This document shows positions 48,901-60,991 of a stretch of 64,000 nt of DNA, one piece after another. The DNA comes from Babesia bigemina (lineage: Eukaryota): contig NC_027217.1 of NCBI RefSeq assembly GCF_000981445.1, forward strand, positions 930,001-994,000. The letters run 5' to 3'. Position 1 is the stretch's first letter, and each line of letters starts with the position of its first letter. Below the pieces are notes generated by a model, which was not told the DNA's origin, did no database searches, and saw only the letters and a list, made by a program, of their open reading frames with translations. The position numbers and the translations under genes are program-made.

Positions 48901-50401
48901 GGGGAGTGATATCCTGTCTTTTTAATGCATTTTCGCACATAGACAGATGGCCAAGTGGATCACGGTTATTTATATGCATCGCTTCTAACACGTTAGACAA
49001 CTTCATTTGTTCTGAAGCACGTGCAGCAGCAGTGGTAGAAGATTCCGGAAGGTAAGTTACATCATCGGGCTCCAGGTGCAACATTACAAACATTGCTTCG
49101 AACAAACAATTCTTGTATACTGGCTTGTCTTGACTGAACTGGATTAGAGTAGTCAAGTAGCCTTTCAACTTGGATGCCCCCTCAAATGTTCTCGGGCCGC
49201 CATGCATTTGATAAGCACCTGTAACGTACCTTAAACCGTAGAGGGTAGCAGAGACAATGGCGTCGTTTATTCTAACATCCTTCGTTTTCTGGTTTAACTT
49301 CTCTAACGGTTTCATCTGCTCCGACAAAATATCCATCAATAGGTTTTCAAAATCCGAGTCAGGGAGGAGCGCGAGCAGATGTCCAACTATTTGGATAAAG
49401 TATAATTGGACTGACTCCAAAGGGTGCGATTTTGCTATCCTCCTTATAGTCAACCTATACGACTCAACTACATTTGAAACTAGGGTTGCATCGATAGACT
49501 CCTCGAGCCTAATGGGTAACAGCAACAGTAATAGCTGTGCATTGATTTCCTGATTCGGGGCGCTCAGGCGGGAAGTCCCTGAGAAGCTGTCCAGAACACC
49601 TCGGAGATATTTAGCGAGGGGGCAATTGGAAGAACGAAATGCGGCCCCTGAGAACCAGTGGATCAATTCGCTTACTACCTGGCCATATGGTCCCTTGCGC
49701 TTCACCTCTTCATATGGCACCTTCTCAGCTCCAAAAATGGTTGTCCCGTCTTGCTGCATAAGGAACTGCTTAAGGTTCTCCGTTATATCAACTGCTCTAC
49801 TCAAGGTGACGTGGGGCTTTAGGTATTTCTGTAGTGTGAAGAGAGTAAAAGCTACCCCTTTTTGCCCTCGTTTCAACAGCCTTAAAATGTCCGATGAAAT
49901 GTAAGTCTCAAACTCTTCGCAAGTAATAGACTCAAGTAGATTTGCGATTAAACTAGCGAAGAAGGGTGACAAGACGAATTGCGAATCGGCAAGGAGCGTC
50001 TTAAGAACGGACAACTGTTCGACACGACACTCGGCATGTCGGACAAGTGCCAGATGAAACAAACCAACACCTTTCGATTGCAAAAGAGTGATTGGCTGGA
50101 TCTCATCTTTGTGTATTGTCAAAAGGATTTTGAGTTTGTTCACGATGCTCCTAATGCGACGTTCCAGTTTCGGTACTAGGGTAAGGACCACCCTATGATA
50201 CATGAACTTGTTGAAGGAACTGGCCACCTCCAGGGCATTATCGCGCACCGATAGCGTATATTCACCATCTCCGGGAGACTCACGCATCAAATGATCCACG
50301 AAGCCTTCAATAATACATAGGTCCGTCCGGCAAAGGACACCTGCGGATATGCGATACAGAGCGCGACGGAAACGCAGCTCATTTCCAGGAAGTTCACCCA
50401 T
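42977..50401 (-). CDS. GCN1: GCN1 translational activator (HEAT-repeat protein, ~2450 aa)
   Basis: GRLFEPYV, LERCSAAAGLAE, MREGCL, DEDERVRD, ILKTIGAIIR and LQSALFKCLSD match GCN1 HEAT repeats. A terminal intron (~43152-43200) and short last exon end at 42977. Confidence 0.88.
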
Positions 50402-51394
50402 CACGCATCCACCTGTATTAGCAATTAAAAAGGGGGTGTATAGCACTGGTACGTCCCCTAATGAAGACAATAACCGTATAGGCCATCCGTCTAAATAGTT
50501 TTGTTGAATGAAAACGTGATAAAGACCGACGTTGCGTATCGTACGTCATCCAGGTTTTAAAAATTACTTTACGTTGTAACCGTAGGGGATAATGTGTTGA
50601 AGTGGCGCATTTTATCAGCTAGAATTTCTCTCACCACAACGTAACATACACATCCGGGTCGTTACGTCCCAACATTCCAACTAATTATAACAACTAGCCT
50701 GTTATACAGGTTGCTATTAGTTACAGTTATGTGTAAGATAACCGTAACGAATGAATAGAACGCATGACATCGCGGCTCCAATAATAAATGTCAACAGACC
50801 GGTCACCTTTTTTGGCGATTAGACTGACTCTACAGTGGTGTAATGTGTACACATCGCACTTTAACGCATGGGATCAAGGTATTTATGACAAAATACTGTG
50901 TCTCCGCAGCGTTATATATGTAGAATCCACACTGGATATCAGATTAGGCAGTACTTCTACACCGTAAAGTTGCTATACTGTGATATATCGTCTATATAAG
51001 TTAATATAAGCTCCATACTGTAATGTGTAGTTACTCATTTAAGATTTGTGCATTATTTGGGCAAGGTTACCTTGTACCATAGTTGAGCTTAAATACACTC
51101 CAGTATTTCGCAATTCCTAGCATAAATTGGTCACTTAGGCATTTAATAAGTGCGTATAGATGTGCACTACGCCAAATATTGTGGTCGAACGACACGTAAT
51201 GGAGCTGCTGTAAAACCGTGATGTCAGTCTGAAAGGTTAGGATCCCCTTCTTAATGGCCCATAAATCAACCTTCGATATTCGAAAGAGCAGATCTTATGT
51301 GATGTAATGATGTTACATTCACTATAAAAGCCCATTACTATTCCAAATTAGTAAAGACGCCAGAGATAGGCAACCATGTGACGGCGATTTTAAA

Positions 51395-54300
51395 ATGAGG
51401 TTATTTGGTTCATTGAGGCGACGAAACATATGCTTTCTTGTTTTTTACTTACGTATCATAAACATAGGGTGCGAATGCTTCAATACGGAAGTTGATCGGA
51501 GCTTTGACTCACCGGATATATTAACTACAAGAGCATTAGGGGCGAAACAATGGTTCCAGTCACCCATCAAAATAAAGTGCTCATTTCAGACCGGTTTTCC
51601 ATGCACTGTGTATCCACTTGATTATCAGGATGCTTCAAATCTCACATTGCTATGTATTAGCGAGAAAGCTAAAAATGGAGCTGTTTTGACCTTGAACTTT
51701 TCGTGTCAAAACTATGCCCCATGGAAACGCCTCAGCAATTTATATTGTTCTGTGTACAAGGTCTCAACTTCAACTAAGTCATTGACAACTTTCATCGACC
51801 TTCTACCTGGCGTCCCCGAAGAAATTGCATTATGCTTGCACCGATTAGAAGAAAACAAAGAGAAGACCGTGTCGTGTAAATCGATCAAAATAATATTTTT
51901 CGTCGAGCACTTCGCTATTAAAGGAAGTATATATTACCTTTTAAAACATACGTGGAAACAGATGATGCAGATAGGGAATTCAAAACACGCCAATAAGAAA
52001 ACTCAAATAGGCATCCTTAAAAGGCAAACAATAAAACAGAAATCCGACATTACATCCACACGTATGGAAAAGGACGTCGATTGTGTGATTAGTGAGAGTA
52101 GCGCCCGTATTTGTGATATTGAGGTGGTTGGCAATGCAACACTAAGTTATGCTTTTGATCCTATCCATTCATTACTGTGGATACAGGTTAGTGCTACTCA
52201 TTATAATGGTACAAAAGCATTGCTTATGAAGATACACAACAGAGAAACCATCCATGGGGTGAAAAGGAAAATTATCATATTTTTAGACGGGGTAAGGCTT
52301 GGTGCATTGCCAATGGAGATAGACATCTCTAAATACATTAGTGACAGCATAGAAGATGGAAGAGAATGTCGTTCCATATCTCTCAGCACATTAAATGAAG
52401 AATCTGGTCGGACCAATTTTATTCAGATCCGTTTAGTTAAAGGTGATGCGATTAACAATCAAATGGCGACCATTCACGTCAACAGCAGTGAGGCAAGATT
52501 TATGAAAATAGAAGGATCAAATTATACAGGTTTAGTGTACGAAAGGGACTACAGTAATAGGAAACCCTGCCTGCATATAATCAGGGACATGATCACGGAG
52601 ATGAGCATACTAATAAATAGCAGCAAGCCGGCAGTCGTAACTCTATCTAGAACCAGTGATAAAGTGGAAGCGTTTTTAAACGGCATCAAAGTTAAATCTA
52701 GAGAGTACCCTATACTTATGGGTAGTGGAAAATTTGTGGTACTTCTGAGGGATTCATATTATCAAAAGACCATTCGGCTCTCATATACATCCGTCACCAA
52801 TTATTGCAACATATCTTGTGTAACATGGTGTTTCTACATATATAGCCATCTGATGTTAGGTGGTACGAGTGGTTTTGTGGATTCATTGGTCACCTACAAA
52901 TTTTCATCTTTCCTCTTTAACATGGACGATGTCGTTTTATGGGGACGGTTTTTGGTTCGTCCGATGTTGTTGTTCGTAAAGGATATGTACACTACCAGTG
53001 CTTTTGCCGAATTGCTTTTGCTTAACCTCGTTGGATTATGTTGTATTGTTGCCGTAGTAACACTTCGTTGCTTCAGAGTTGTTAACATTCGTTGTCGATA
53101 TAAAAAATACTTGTCACTTCTGGGGATGCTTTGCGGTCTCATCTGTGTATCTGTTGCAACGGTACATTCAAGGGTGTTCGCTGAGGAGGTAGGAGGCATT
53201 TATATTTTAGGGTATCATTTGCCCTATAAGTTTTTAAGACTTGCGTCGCTAGCCGGTTTGATAACGTACACCGCCAGTACATTTTGGCTTCTATTCGCTG
53301 CTGTGGGTTTATCTTCAGTTCATACGCGTATATCGTGTAGCCAGTTTCCCCATCTAAGACAACAGCTTATGGAAAGTCGGAAAGGCACGGCTGGTTATGA
53401 ATACTTCATAGAAGGTGGAAAACTTTACAAGTTGTATTACAACCTAATGCAGAGTAGAATGCCAGTCGATGACCTCTCATCTGGTAGAAATTCATTTGAG
53501 ATGGAGGTAACAAAGGTTGCTTCGGTCACCTTAAATGGAAACCATTCGGGAAGCATGGCACCGTTGTTTACGATTAACAAAGTTTTTAAAGAATATGAAG
53601 ATATGCCTCTGACCAGCCTAATTACACTGAGAGATCTGGAGGCGATGTCTCTGATGAGAAAAAAAGTTAGAGTGTGGTGTCAGACAAAGAAAAATGGGAA
53701 ATATATAAATGGCGAAGATGCTATTGACTCGCTGTATATGTGTATGACGATGGTCGATTGTTGTTTTGCTATATTTGCATTGATGTCGGCTAGGATCCTA
53801 ATCCACGGAATTACACTGGTAGTATGCCACCTGACATTTAAGATAGCCATCATCATGGTCGCCTTCTACCTCAGGTATAACCAAGTCAAGTACCTAATGC
53901 ATAAAGAAGCAATAGAAGAATCAATTCCATTGCAAAAAATGGTGAAAGGTGACATCCTGCTGCTTGGGCTGGTCAACAAGTGCGTTAGGATTGTAGTTTT
54001 GATTGTCTTATTTGTAATACAAAATATTTATAAAGGCGTTAAAACTCCAACATTAATCGCCATTATAAAATGCTGTTTGATCAGTTGCGCATTTGCCACA
54101 AATTTTCCTGACTTCCGCGTGTGCTTATCCGATGGGTTTAAGCTCTTACCCAAGGCGGCGCTGACATGTTACTACTATGTCGTATCCGTATATAGGTTTT
54201 TCAAGTGCAGATACCGTTACAAGCTGTTCTGTTACTCAAAACGTTCTGAGGTCTTCCGATCTTCTGTTGCAGGCAAAAGTATAGGCATACGGAGTATGAG

Positions 54301-56944
54301 ATCTCATTCAAGTTCACAAGCTATACCAGTTTGTATCCTTGATTTGCGCGTCTTAGATCAGTTCAAAAACATATATCGATTCAGACGCCCGAGAATTGTG
54401 TTAAAAAACGTCTTTTTTCATCCATCGGTGATAGCTCACTTCGGAGACTTCATCCCCACTTTTGAAATTAATGGTGCCGAAAAAGATGGAGTGCACAATG
54501 TTTGCGGTGGTGAAAGGACGCACAGTGAGGGGTTTCCTATGCACAATACTACAGAACTTGAACCTAAACAGTCGCCTGTAAAGTCGATGTTCGATGGACT
54601 GGAGACCTTAGGGTATGATTTCGGACACGTGCTGCCCCAACAAATAAGCAATGTGGGGCTTATCGACCAAAAACTAGATGGTAAAAATCATGGGTCCTTA
54701 TCATCTGCTCTATCAGAAGAACGCGCTTTACATATTGTACATGATAACAAAACTGAAAGGCATGGATTTTGTTTTAAGCATCGTGTACCATTATTTCAAC
54801 GACTATTTGCGGTCATAGAGTGGCGCCCCACGATTCAATCCTGTATATCCACGACACTGAAGAAATGCCATGATACAATACAGGATAACACATCTAGACT
54901 AGTGAATGTCTACATCGGTATCGGGTCGCTCAGCACCGTCCCACCAGCACGCAGTACCGACATGCTAAATTACGTTAAATATGATTCTCACCACAACGTA
55001 TTGACGATTTCTGACCATTTCATAATTCCTACGGAACACTACACTATACGAGGAATGGTTCGTGGCAACCACATTCCTATCTCCACATCCATAATTTATC
55101 ACACGTCTTGCGTGGAAAACGGGGAAATAACTTTTGATTCTATTCAAGAGATTGATGACAAGATGGCTATTAGAGTGACGGAGAAACCATCAATGGAGAG
55201 TTCGGCTTTACTTCCCAGCGATCTCACTATTGACCATAACATCAATACCAACAGGGTTAAATTAGGCAACTCTATTTTCAAAGCAAATCGAGACTATATT
55301 ATTACATACCAAACAGAGGCTCTAGACCAACACACATGTTTCATCTATATTGGCCCAGCAGAAAGACACTTTAAGGAAATTGTGACGCCAGTTACAATGT
55401 CACCACAAAGTAGCTATGATTTTGTAATCATAGACAAGACAGGATCAAGCCATACAATATATGCTGTAAAATATGAACAAATGACAAACACCAAGCATAT
55501 ATTCGGAATGAAATCCAAGGTGATAAACACTGTTGAGAAAATTGAGTTGGATTACCCCGGTATAGGTAGGGGTCATTATAGCGGCTATAAATTTCATATC
55601 ACCGATGTCATTGACGATGGATACGGATCGGATACGCCATCAACAATATCCCGCATGTTACGTGTCAAACCGTGCCAGTATATTTTGGGTGATAACATGA
55701 GCTTCTTAGTACCCATCACCGTTGTTTGTAGAGTTCCATCGCAGGCAGAGGAAGATACCTTTCGTGTCGTACCCCATTACGACGTATTGCAACGTGACAT
55801 AGAATGCCGTATCAATGATTTAAATATAGCCTTACAGGTTCTTCAATTCCACTTGAAACTTGCAACCAGTAACGAGACGTACGGAGATAAATCCATTTTA
55901 CAATATACTGAAAATCGGAAACAAGTTATACAAAACATTTGTAGATACCCAGAAGAAAAGGACATGAGACAACTGTACTCTGATTCATGTCAAGACCCTG
56001 ATGAGATTTTCGAGAAGGTTTTAGCTTCCCTATTTTACGATGATGCACTTGAAGATTTCTGGTTACAGTTGAATAATCAAAATCATATGGACAATGGCCT
56101 GCTCTCTTCACTTCGCATCATACTTCATTGCTGCATAGACCAACTAAATGAAGCGGCGGGTATTCTGATGCAACAAGACGCGTTGACCAAAGACGTTACA
56201 CTTCGAATGGAAATGCAAAAGTTCGATTCACTGGTTTCTCAAGGAATGACTGTAGAGGATGCAAAATCATTGTTAGACAACAGTGAGCAGTTTGAATATT
56301 TTTTGCAAATTCCTTTTGTTCTAAGATTGCATGATATTCATTCCCGTGTGGATGTCAATCAGGAAGTAACGAGGATGATGTATGAAGTAAAGCAATTTTG
56401 CGATAACTCAAAAAGGCCATTTTTGCACCACAGGAGTTTCATTAGAGATTGTCTGACACAACAACTAGTTTCCAACGTCAATTTGGCAGAAATGTGTGAA
56501 GGGTTTAGCCATATATTATTGCCCAGCACTAAATCTGCAGATTTATCAGTAAGCAATATATACTGCTTTGCGCTTGCTACTTCATCAGGAAACTTTGAAA
56601 GTAATTCATCGGCTCTATGGATACCGTGCTTTATTTCTTTAAAAAAAGGCTTGCTGCGTGTTGATCCTTCAGATAGGATTAAGGAAGATGAGCGAATTGG
56701 TAATTACTTGGAATCTGTAATATGTTCAATGAAATGCTCCATATGTACGGACACCATCGAGGTGGCGGGGGGTTTGCATGTTAGTGATGAACAAATTCAA
56801 GTTGTGGCCCATGTCGTTGAATGCACAAATACCAACTGTAAGGTATCAGAATATTCGATAGTTGACAACGGCGCAGTAATATTCCGGTGTCATCGATCAA
56901 TGAAGGGCGTATGGCAAAGCATATCAAACGCCTTCCCCGGATGA
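51395..56944 (+). CDS. Large hypothetical multi-pass membrane protein (1849 aa)
   Basis: Intronless ORF with a signal-like N-terminus, beta-rich Cys-containing N-terminal region, a cluster of hydrophobic segments (~aa 480-930) and a long C-terminal region. Confidence 0.75.
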   Translation: MRLFGSLRRRNICFLVFYLRIINIGCECFNTEVDRSFDSPDILTTRALGAKQWFQSPIKIKCSFQTGFPCTVYPLDYQDASNLTLLCISEKAKNGAVLTLNFSCQNYAPWKRLSNLYCSVYKVSTSTKSLTTFIDLLPGVPEEIALCLHRLEENKEKTVSCKSIKIIFFVEHFAIKGSIYYLLKHTWKQMMQIGNSKHANKKTQIGILKRQTIKQKSDITSTRMEKDVDCVISESSARICDIEVVGNATLSYAFDPIHSLLWIQVSATHYNGTKALLMKIHNRETIHGVKRKIIIFLDGVRLGALPMEIDISKYISDSIEDGRECRSISLSTLNEESGRTNFIQIRLVKGDAINNQMATIHVNSSEARFMKIEGSNYTGLVYERDYSNRKPCLHIIRDMITEMSILINSSKPAVVTLSRTSDKVEAFLNGIKVKSREYPILMGSGKFVVLLRDSYYQKTIRLSYTSVTNYCNISCVTWCFYIYSHLMLGGTSGFVDSLVTYKFSSFLFNMDDVVLWGRFLVRPMLLFVKDMYTTSAFAELLLLNLVGLCCIVAVVTLRCFRVVNIRCRYKKYLSLLGMLCGLICVSVATVHSRVFAEEVGGIYILGYHLPYKFLRLASLAGLITYTASTFWLLFAAVGLSSVHTRISCSQFPHLRQQLMESRKGTAGYEYFIEGGKLYKLYYNLMQSRMPVDDLSSGRNSFEMEVTKVASVTLNGNHSGSMAPLFTINKVFKEYEDMPLTSLITLRDLEAMSLMRKKVRVWCQTKKNGKYINGEDAIDSLYMCMTMVDCCFAIFALMSARILIHGITLVVCHLTFKIAIIMVAFYLRYNQVKYLMHKEAIEESIPLQKMVKGDILLLGLVNKCVRIVVLIVLFVIQNIYKGVKTPTLIAIIKCCLISCAFATNFPDFRVCLSDGFKLLPKAALTCYYYVVSVYRFFKCRYRYKLFCYSKRSEVFRSSVAGKSIGIRSMRSHSSSQAIPVCILDLRVLDQFKNIYRFRRPRIVLKNVFFHPSVIAHFGDFIPTFEINGAEKDGVHNVCGGERTHSEGFPMHNTTELEPKQSPVKSMFDGLETLGYDFGHVLPQQISNVGLIDQKLDGKNHGSLSSALSEERALHIVHDNKTERHGFCFKHRVPLFQRLFAVIEWRPTIQSCISTTLKKCHDTIQDNTSRLVNVYIGIGSLSTVPPARSTDMLNYVKYDSHHNVLTISDHFIIPTEHYTIRGMVRGNHIPISTSIIYHTSCVENGEITFDSIQEIDDKMAIRVTEKPSMESSALLPSDLTIDHNINTNRVKLGNSIFKANRDYIITYQTEALDQHTCFIYIGPAERHFKEIVTPVTMSPQSSYDFVIIDKTGSSHTIYAVKYEQMTNTKHIFGMKSKVINTVEKIELDYPGIGRGHYSGYKFHITDVIDDGYGSDTPSTISRMLRVKPCQYILGDNMSFLVPITVVCRVPSQAEEDTFRVVPHYDVLQRDIECRINDLNIALQVLQFHLKLATSNETYGDKSILQYTENRKQVIQNICRYPEEKDMRQLYSDSCQDPDEIFEKVLASLFYDDALEDFWLQLNNQNHMDNGLLSSLRIILHCCIDQLNEAAGILMQQDALTKDVTLRMEMQKFDSLVSQGMTVEDAKSLLDNSEQFEYFLQIPFVLRLHDIHSRVDVNQEVTRMMYEVKQFCDNSKRPFLHHRSFIRDCLTQQLVSNVNLAEMCEGFSHILLPSTKSADLSVSNIYCFALATSSGNFESNSSALWIPCFISLKKGLLRVDPSDRIKEDERIGNYLESVICSMKCSICTDTIEVAGGLHVSDEQIQVVAHVVECTNTNCKVSEYSIVDNGAVIFRCHRSMKGVWQSISNAFPG

Positions 56945-57384
56945 TAATTAGTCATGAAGTAAAACATTGTTTATCTAGCCTACTCTGGAGCCATCGTGTC
57001 GAGTCTCTAAATTTAGTTGACCACGCTTCTACAAATGCCTGATTAAAGCTGCTGCCAATAATGATATTTACTATTATGATTATGTTCTCTCATTTTATAA
57101 TGTGCCATGTGGCTACGTGCCTAGGGCCGGTTTTCGGTTTCGCGGGTCACCTCCTCACGCTGTCGTTACTAGTTGCTGCCTTCATGTCCTGCTTATAACG
57201 AAGATCAGTTGTCCCATCCGTGATAGCATCCATCCTGTGGGCGCGAAGGCCGTTGATGATCTCGCAATGGTTCCTGCAAACTATTTCGCACATCAGAGAG
57301 GGTATATATTTGCACCATGCCGAATGGTCGATCTCTCTCAACTTAAACCACGTCACCTAATCTTCATACCGCACCAACTCCTAA

Positions 57385-57826
57385 GCAATACACTTGGCAT
57401 GTCGTTGAGATACACTTCGAAACCACTGACCCCTACATGCAAAGCTGCGGCGTCACATACCCATCAGATGAGTTGTTCAAGCCCGAGACACCTAAACTCT
57501 ACTATGCTGACGGGGGGCCTCAGTTCGGTAGGGAGATAGTTCTTATGATCGCAGGTGAGGTAGCGTCCTGATGCCCAGCACCGTACGTCCTGGACCCACC
57601 CAACTGCTTCGACCAGGTCTCCGTGAACGGTGAACTGAAGGACCTTAGCGAAATGAGCAAGTCGCTGATTGCATCAGCATCCGACCACTTCGTCATCTTG
57701 AAGTTCAACAGCGAACTCATTGGACCATACGAGACCCTGCGCTATATGCCGCCACTTGAATGCCGATGCGTCACCAAGGTTGTCGTCCTGTCTGCCATCC
57801 AAATCGAGAACTACTACTCCAAGTAA
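57385..57826 (+). pseudogene. Degenerate C-terminal part of Cys-domain (s48/45-like) family gene, copy 2
   Basis: QYTWHVVEIHFETTDPYMQSCGVTYPSDELFKPETP...VAS*CPAPYVLDPPNCFDQV...PPLECRCVTKVVVLSAIQIENYYSK*. Confidence 0.72.
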
Positions 57827-58570
57827 CAAGTAGCTCAGATGTAGTAAATCTTTTTGTCAATGACAGAGTTTAATTGTCATAGTCCATGTTTGTCACTTGT
57901 TGGTTTGTGTCTCCAGTAGCAGCATGACTTTCGGTTAGAATGTGGTATTTGCTGTTTCCAATTCCAAGACACATTCTTGTGTTGAAATAACTGTTTATTC
58001 TTGCATGAGTCCTCGTAAGTTAGACCAATGACGTATATCGTAATCACGTACAACTATACCATGGCATTTCATTTTGAACTGCCTTAATGGGGAAGATGGG
58101 ATTTGCCGGTCTACACATAGTCCAAGAAGTCATAAGATTTGCAGTGCCATTAATACACGAATATGGATAGCGCCAGATACATGTAACTATAGTTCAAAAG
58201 GTACAATGGTGTTATTGACCGACTGCATTGTCAGTGCCTGTCCACAGTAGACCATCGGTGGGAAGTAGAACAAGTATGGCTTCATCTGCCCGTAATATCT
58301 TTAAATCATACCTCATTGTACAATATCCAAGAATAGAGTGAATTAAAGTGAAGATTTCCAAGTGAGCCTTTCAAGGCGACACCGGGCCCACCCACAGCCT
58401 GCACCGTGATGGGCTAGGCGAGGTAGAAGTACGAGGCTATCCACGATGGGATATTACGCGTCATAAACATGTCAATATGGTCCGACTAAGGTAAATATCA
58501 GGCAACTTGGAAATACGCCCGACACCCCTTGGCTCAACAAGAGGCCCGACCTTTCGGGTTGGAACGTGAG
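57429..58570 (+). repeat. Dispersed direct repeat A, copy 2
   Basis: Colinear match to 22625-23767. Confidence 0.95.
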
Positions 58571-58892
58571 GCATTGCACTGGATTGGCTAGCTTCATCTG
58601 AACAGCACGATTAAACGCATAACAAATCTCAGAGATGCTGTTATATGTGTCAATCGATGGTGTTCCGTAGCCAATTCAGCTGGTGGGTGCCGTCGGCCTG
58701 ATGTCATTGTGCTAACAGGTGGGGGCATGTATCGTGGTAGTCTAGGCAGTTGTGCCGAAACTTTCTAAGATACTGCAATTTTAACACTACTTAACACTTT
58801 GAACCAACGATTGTGGAATGTAGGAGCCAGCAAGATATTTTCTCAGCGAATGGTGGGGGAAAGTTCGTAATAGATAGATGTCCAGTTAGGGT

Positions 58893-59360
58893 TTGCATTT
58901 TGTAAAATGCTCATCAGGGGATCTCATTGGAAGCTGTGACTCCAACTTCAAGACTCACCCCTTCGACCCGTGCAACCTGTGCCGCAAGAGCCGGATCAGG
59001 ATGGGATTTAAGAAGAGAGATTTGCCTAAGACGTCGCAACTGGGCAGTGTCATTTCCTCCATCCTCACTTTCTGCTGCGGCGGTAGTGATCCCCTGTTGA
59101 CATTGGCCTCCTACCTCAACTGCCTCACCGGGCGGACTCCAAGGACGACAGGGGAGCTGGTCTCGTTCTTTCACGATTTTGGCATAGAGTTGCACGGTTA
59201 TGCTTTGAAGTCGTTGTCTCCACTGTGTATCTCTCTTTCCGCTTCACATCCCAACAGTCCCGAATGGGACCGTCTTGATGGCACCGGCCTAGATACTGTC
59301 TGTCGCATCCGTGGTTCCGAGTCTCTCAACTCAACGCATGACCATCTGAAAAGTCTACCT
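58893..59360 (+). pseudogene. Internal fragment of a ves1 (VESA1) gene
   Basis: HPFDPCNLCRKSRIRMGF...CGGSDPLLTLASYLNCLTGRTPRTTGELVSFFHDFG...HPNSPEWDRL resembles VESA1 internal motifs. It has no VESA N- or C-terminus, and the sequence decays downstream. Confidence 0.75.
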
Positions 59361-60746
59361 AAACAATTTGGAGACAACTTGGATCATTTACATCGCCATC
59401 CACAATTGTTGCCAACTATCTACCATTCGCATGCCCTCTACCCCCTCGTCTTTGACTACACGATTTTTCACTTCTTGAATGTTCTGCCATGTTCCCAATT
59501 GTTTCGACTACCAACGCGTTTCACTTCATCCACGTCACGACAATACTCGTTCACTGGAAGAGGATACTCCCACCTTGCTACGACATCGACTGCTTCAATG
59601 ACCCCATGGGCAAACATTGTTACATCGTAATTATCGCATTTATGTAATCACAGGTTGTTATATGATGGAATGCAGTGCAGCAGTGATTAAATGTGCTGCT
59701 GAGGCGTATGCAGCGGGATGTGTAATAGATTCATGAAACTGTCGTATATACAACTGTGATTACACACCTATGCCACCTCCATGGCAACACTAAGGTAATG
59801 TAATAAAATAATTCATGGCATAATTAATTCGTGAGTAAGATAGATTATAACCCGTGCCTATAGCTCGGGAGCGCCATGCTGGGTTTGGGAATGGGCAATC
59901 ATCCGGGTGGGTGTACAAAATTTGTATACTTGTTTGGGTTGCTATAAGCGACGTTTTGCGTCTTCATACGAATTTTTGTAAAGCTGCGTCTCGATTCAGT
60001 GTCGTAGATCACAGAGGCATGTGTTAGCGCATTAGCATTGTAGACATACGGTTGGAAGTTGTTGGACCGAACTGGCGGAATCACCTTCCGTTAGAATTCA
60101 TATCAGCCATATTGGCATAAAGTAACATTGTATGGGAACGTGGGCAACCGAAGCTCAAGACTTCGGGCGCTCAGGGCGACAACAAAACTCAGGATTCTTT
60201 CAGGCTGATTCGCCTTGGCGTGGAGCCACAGGGTTTGAAACAAAGCATCTGCAAATTAAGGTTTTACATTAGGTGCTCGAAACAAGGCATTATTTTACAA
60301 GCTATGAAATGCCGGGATATTCACATACAACGTCAGCCTCGTACACACTAGTTTCATACACGGCAGTGCGCTGGATTCCATAGCAACCACATATCACAGT
60401 TGACATCAAGAGTGGCTTGAGAAGAAGGTGATCACATATCATAGCGTGCAGTCCTTATGTGTCAGTATGCATTCGCAATCAAAGTTGCTGCAAGCACTGA
60501 AAGCAATAAACAATTACGCCAATCACGGAAGGCGGTAGAAGCAGTGTATACATGCCTCATCAGGTGACTGCTGTCTTGATAATAAGAAGGCACTATTAGA
60601 CTATATTAACGCTGCGAAAAGCTATTTGCAACCCATGGTAACACTTTAACCTTCAACGTCTGTTAAAACTTGCAACGACACTTATAAGCCTAGTATGGGC
60701 GACTAGTGCCGCATATATACGCTTAAAATGACTCGCGATAGTTGTA

Positions 60747-60769
60747 CTGCATGCCGCGTCAATGGTATC
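60747..60769 (+). promoter_or_regulatory. Conserved upstream element of ves-like gene 2 (contains TGCATGC)
   Basis: CTGCATGCCGCGTCAATGGTATC, the homologue of 24523-24545. Confidence 0.45.
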
Positions 60770-60991
60770 GAGATCGAAGAGCTGGGACATCTGTGTAGTT
60801 CCTTCCTTTACCATAGGTATCTTTGGCCTATCTTAATCTTTCTAAATTTAAATTAGAAGCCTATTTATTAGGTTTAAGCTGCACTTTTGCATTGCGTATT
60901 GTCGAAGACAACTCGTCTGTTTGCAACCTGGCCTGCAAATGGACCAATCCATACAGGAGTAGTAGCTGCATAGTTTAACTCATTTTTCAAA

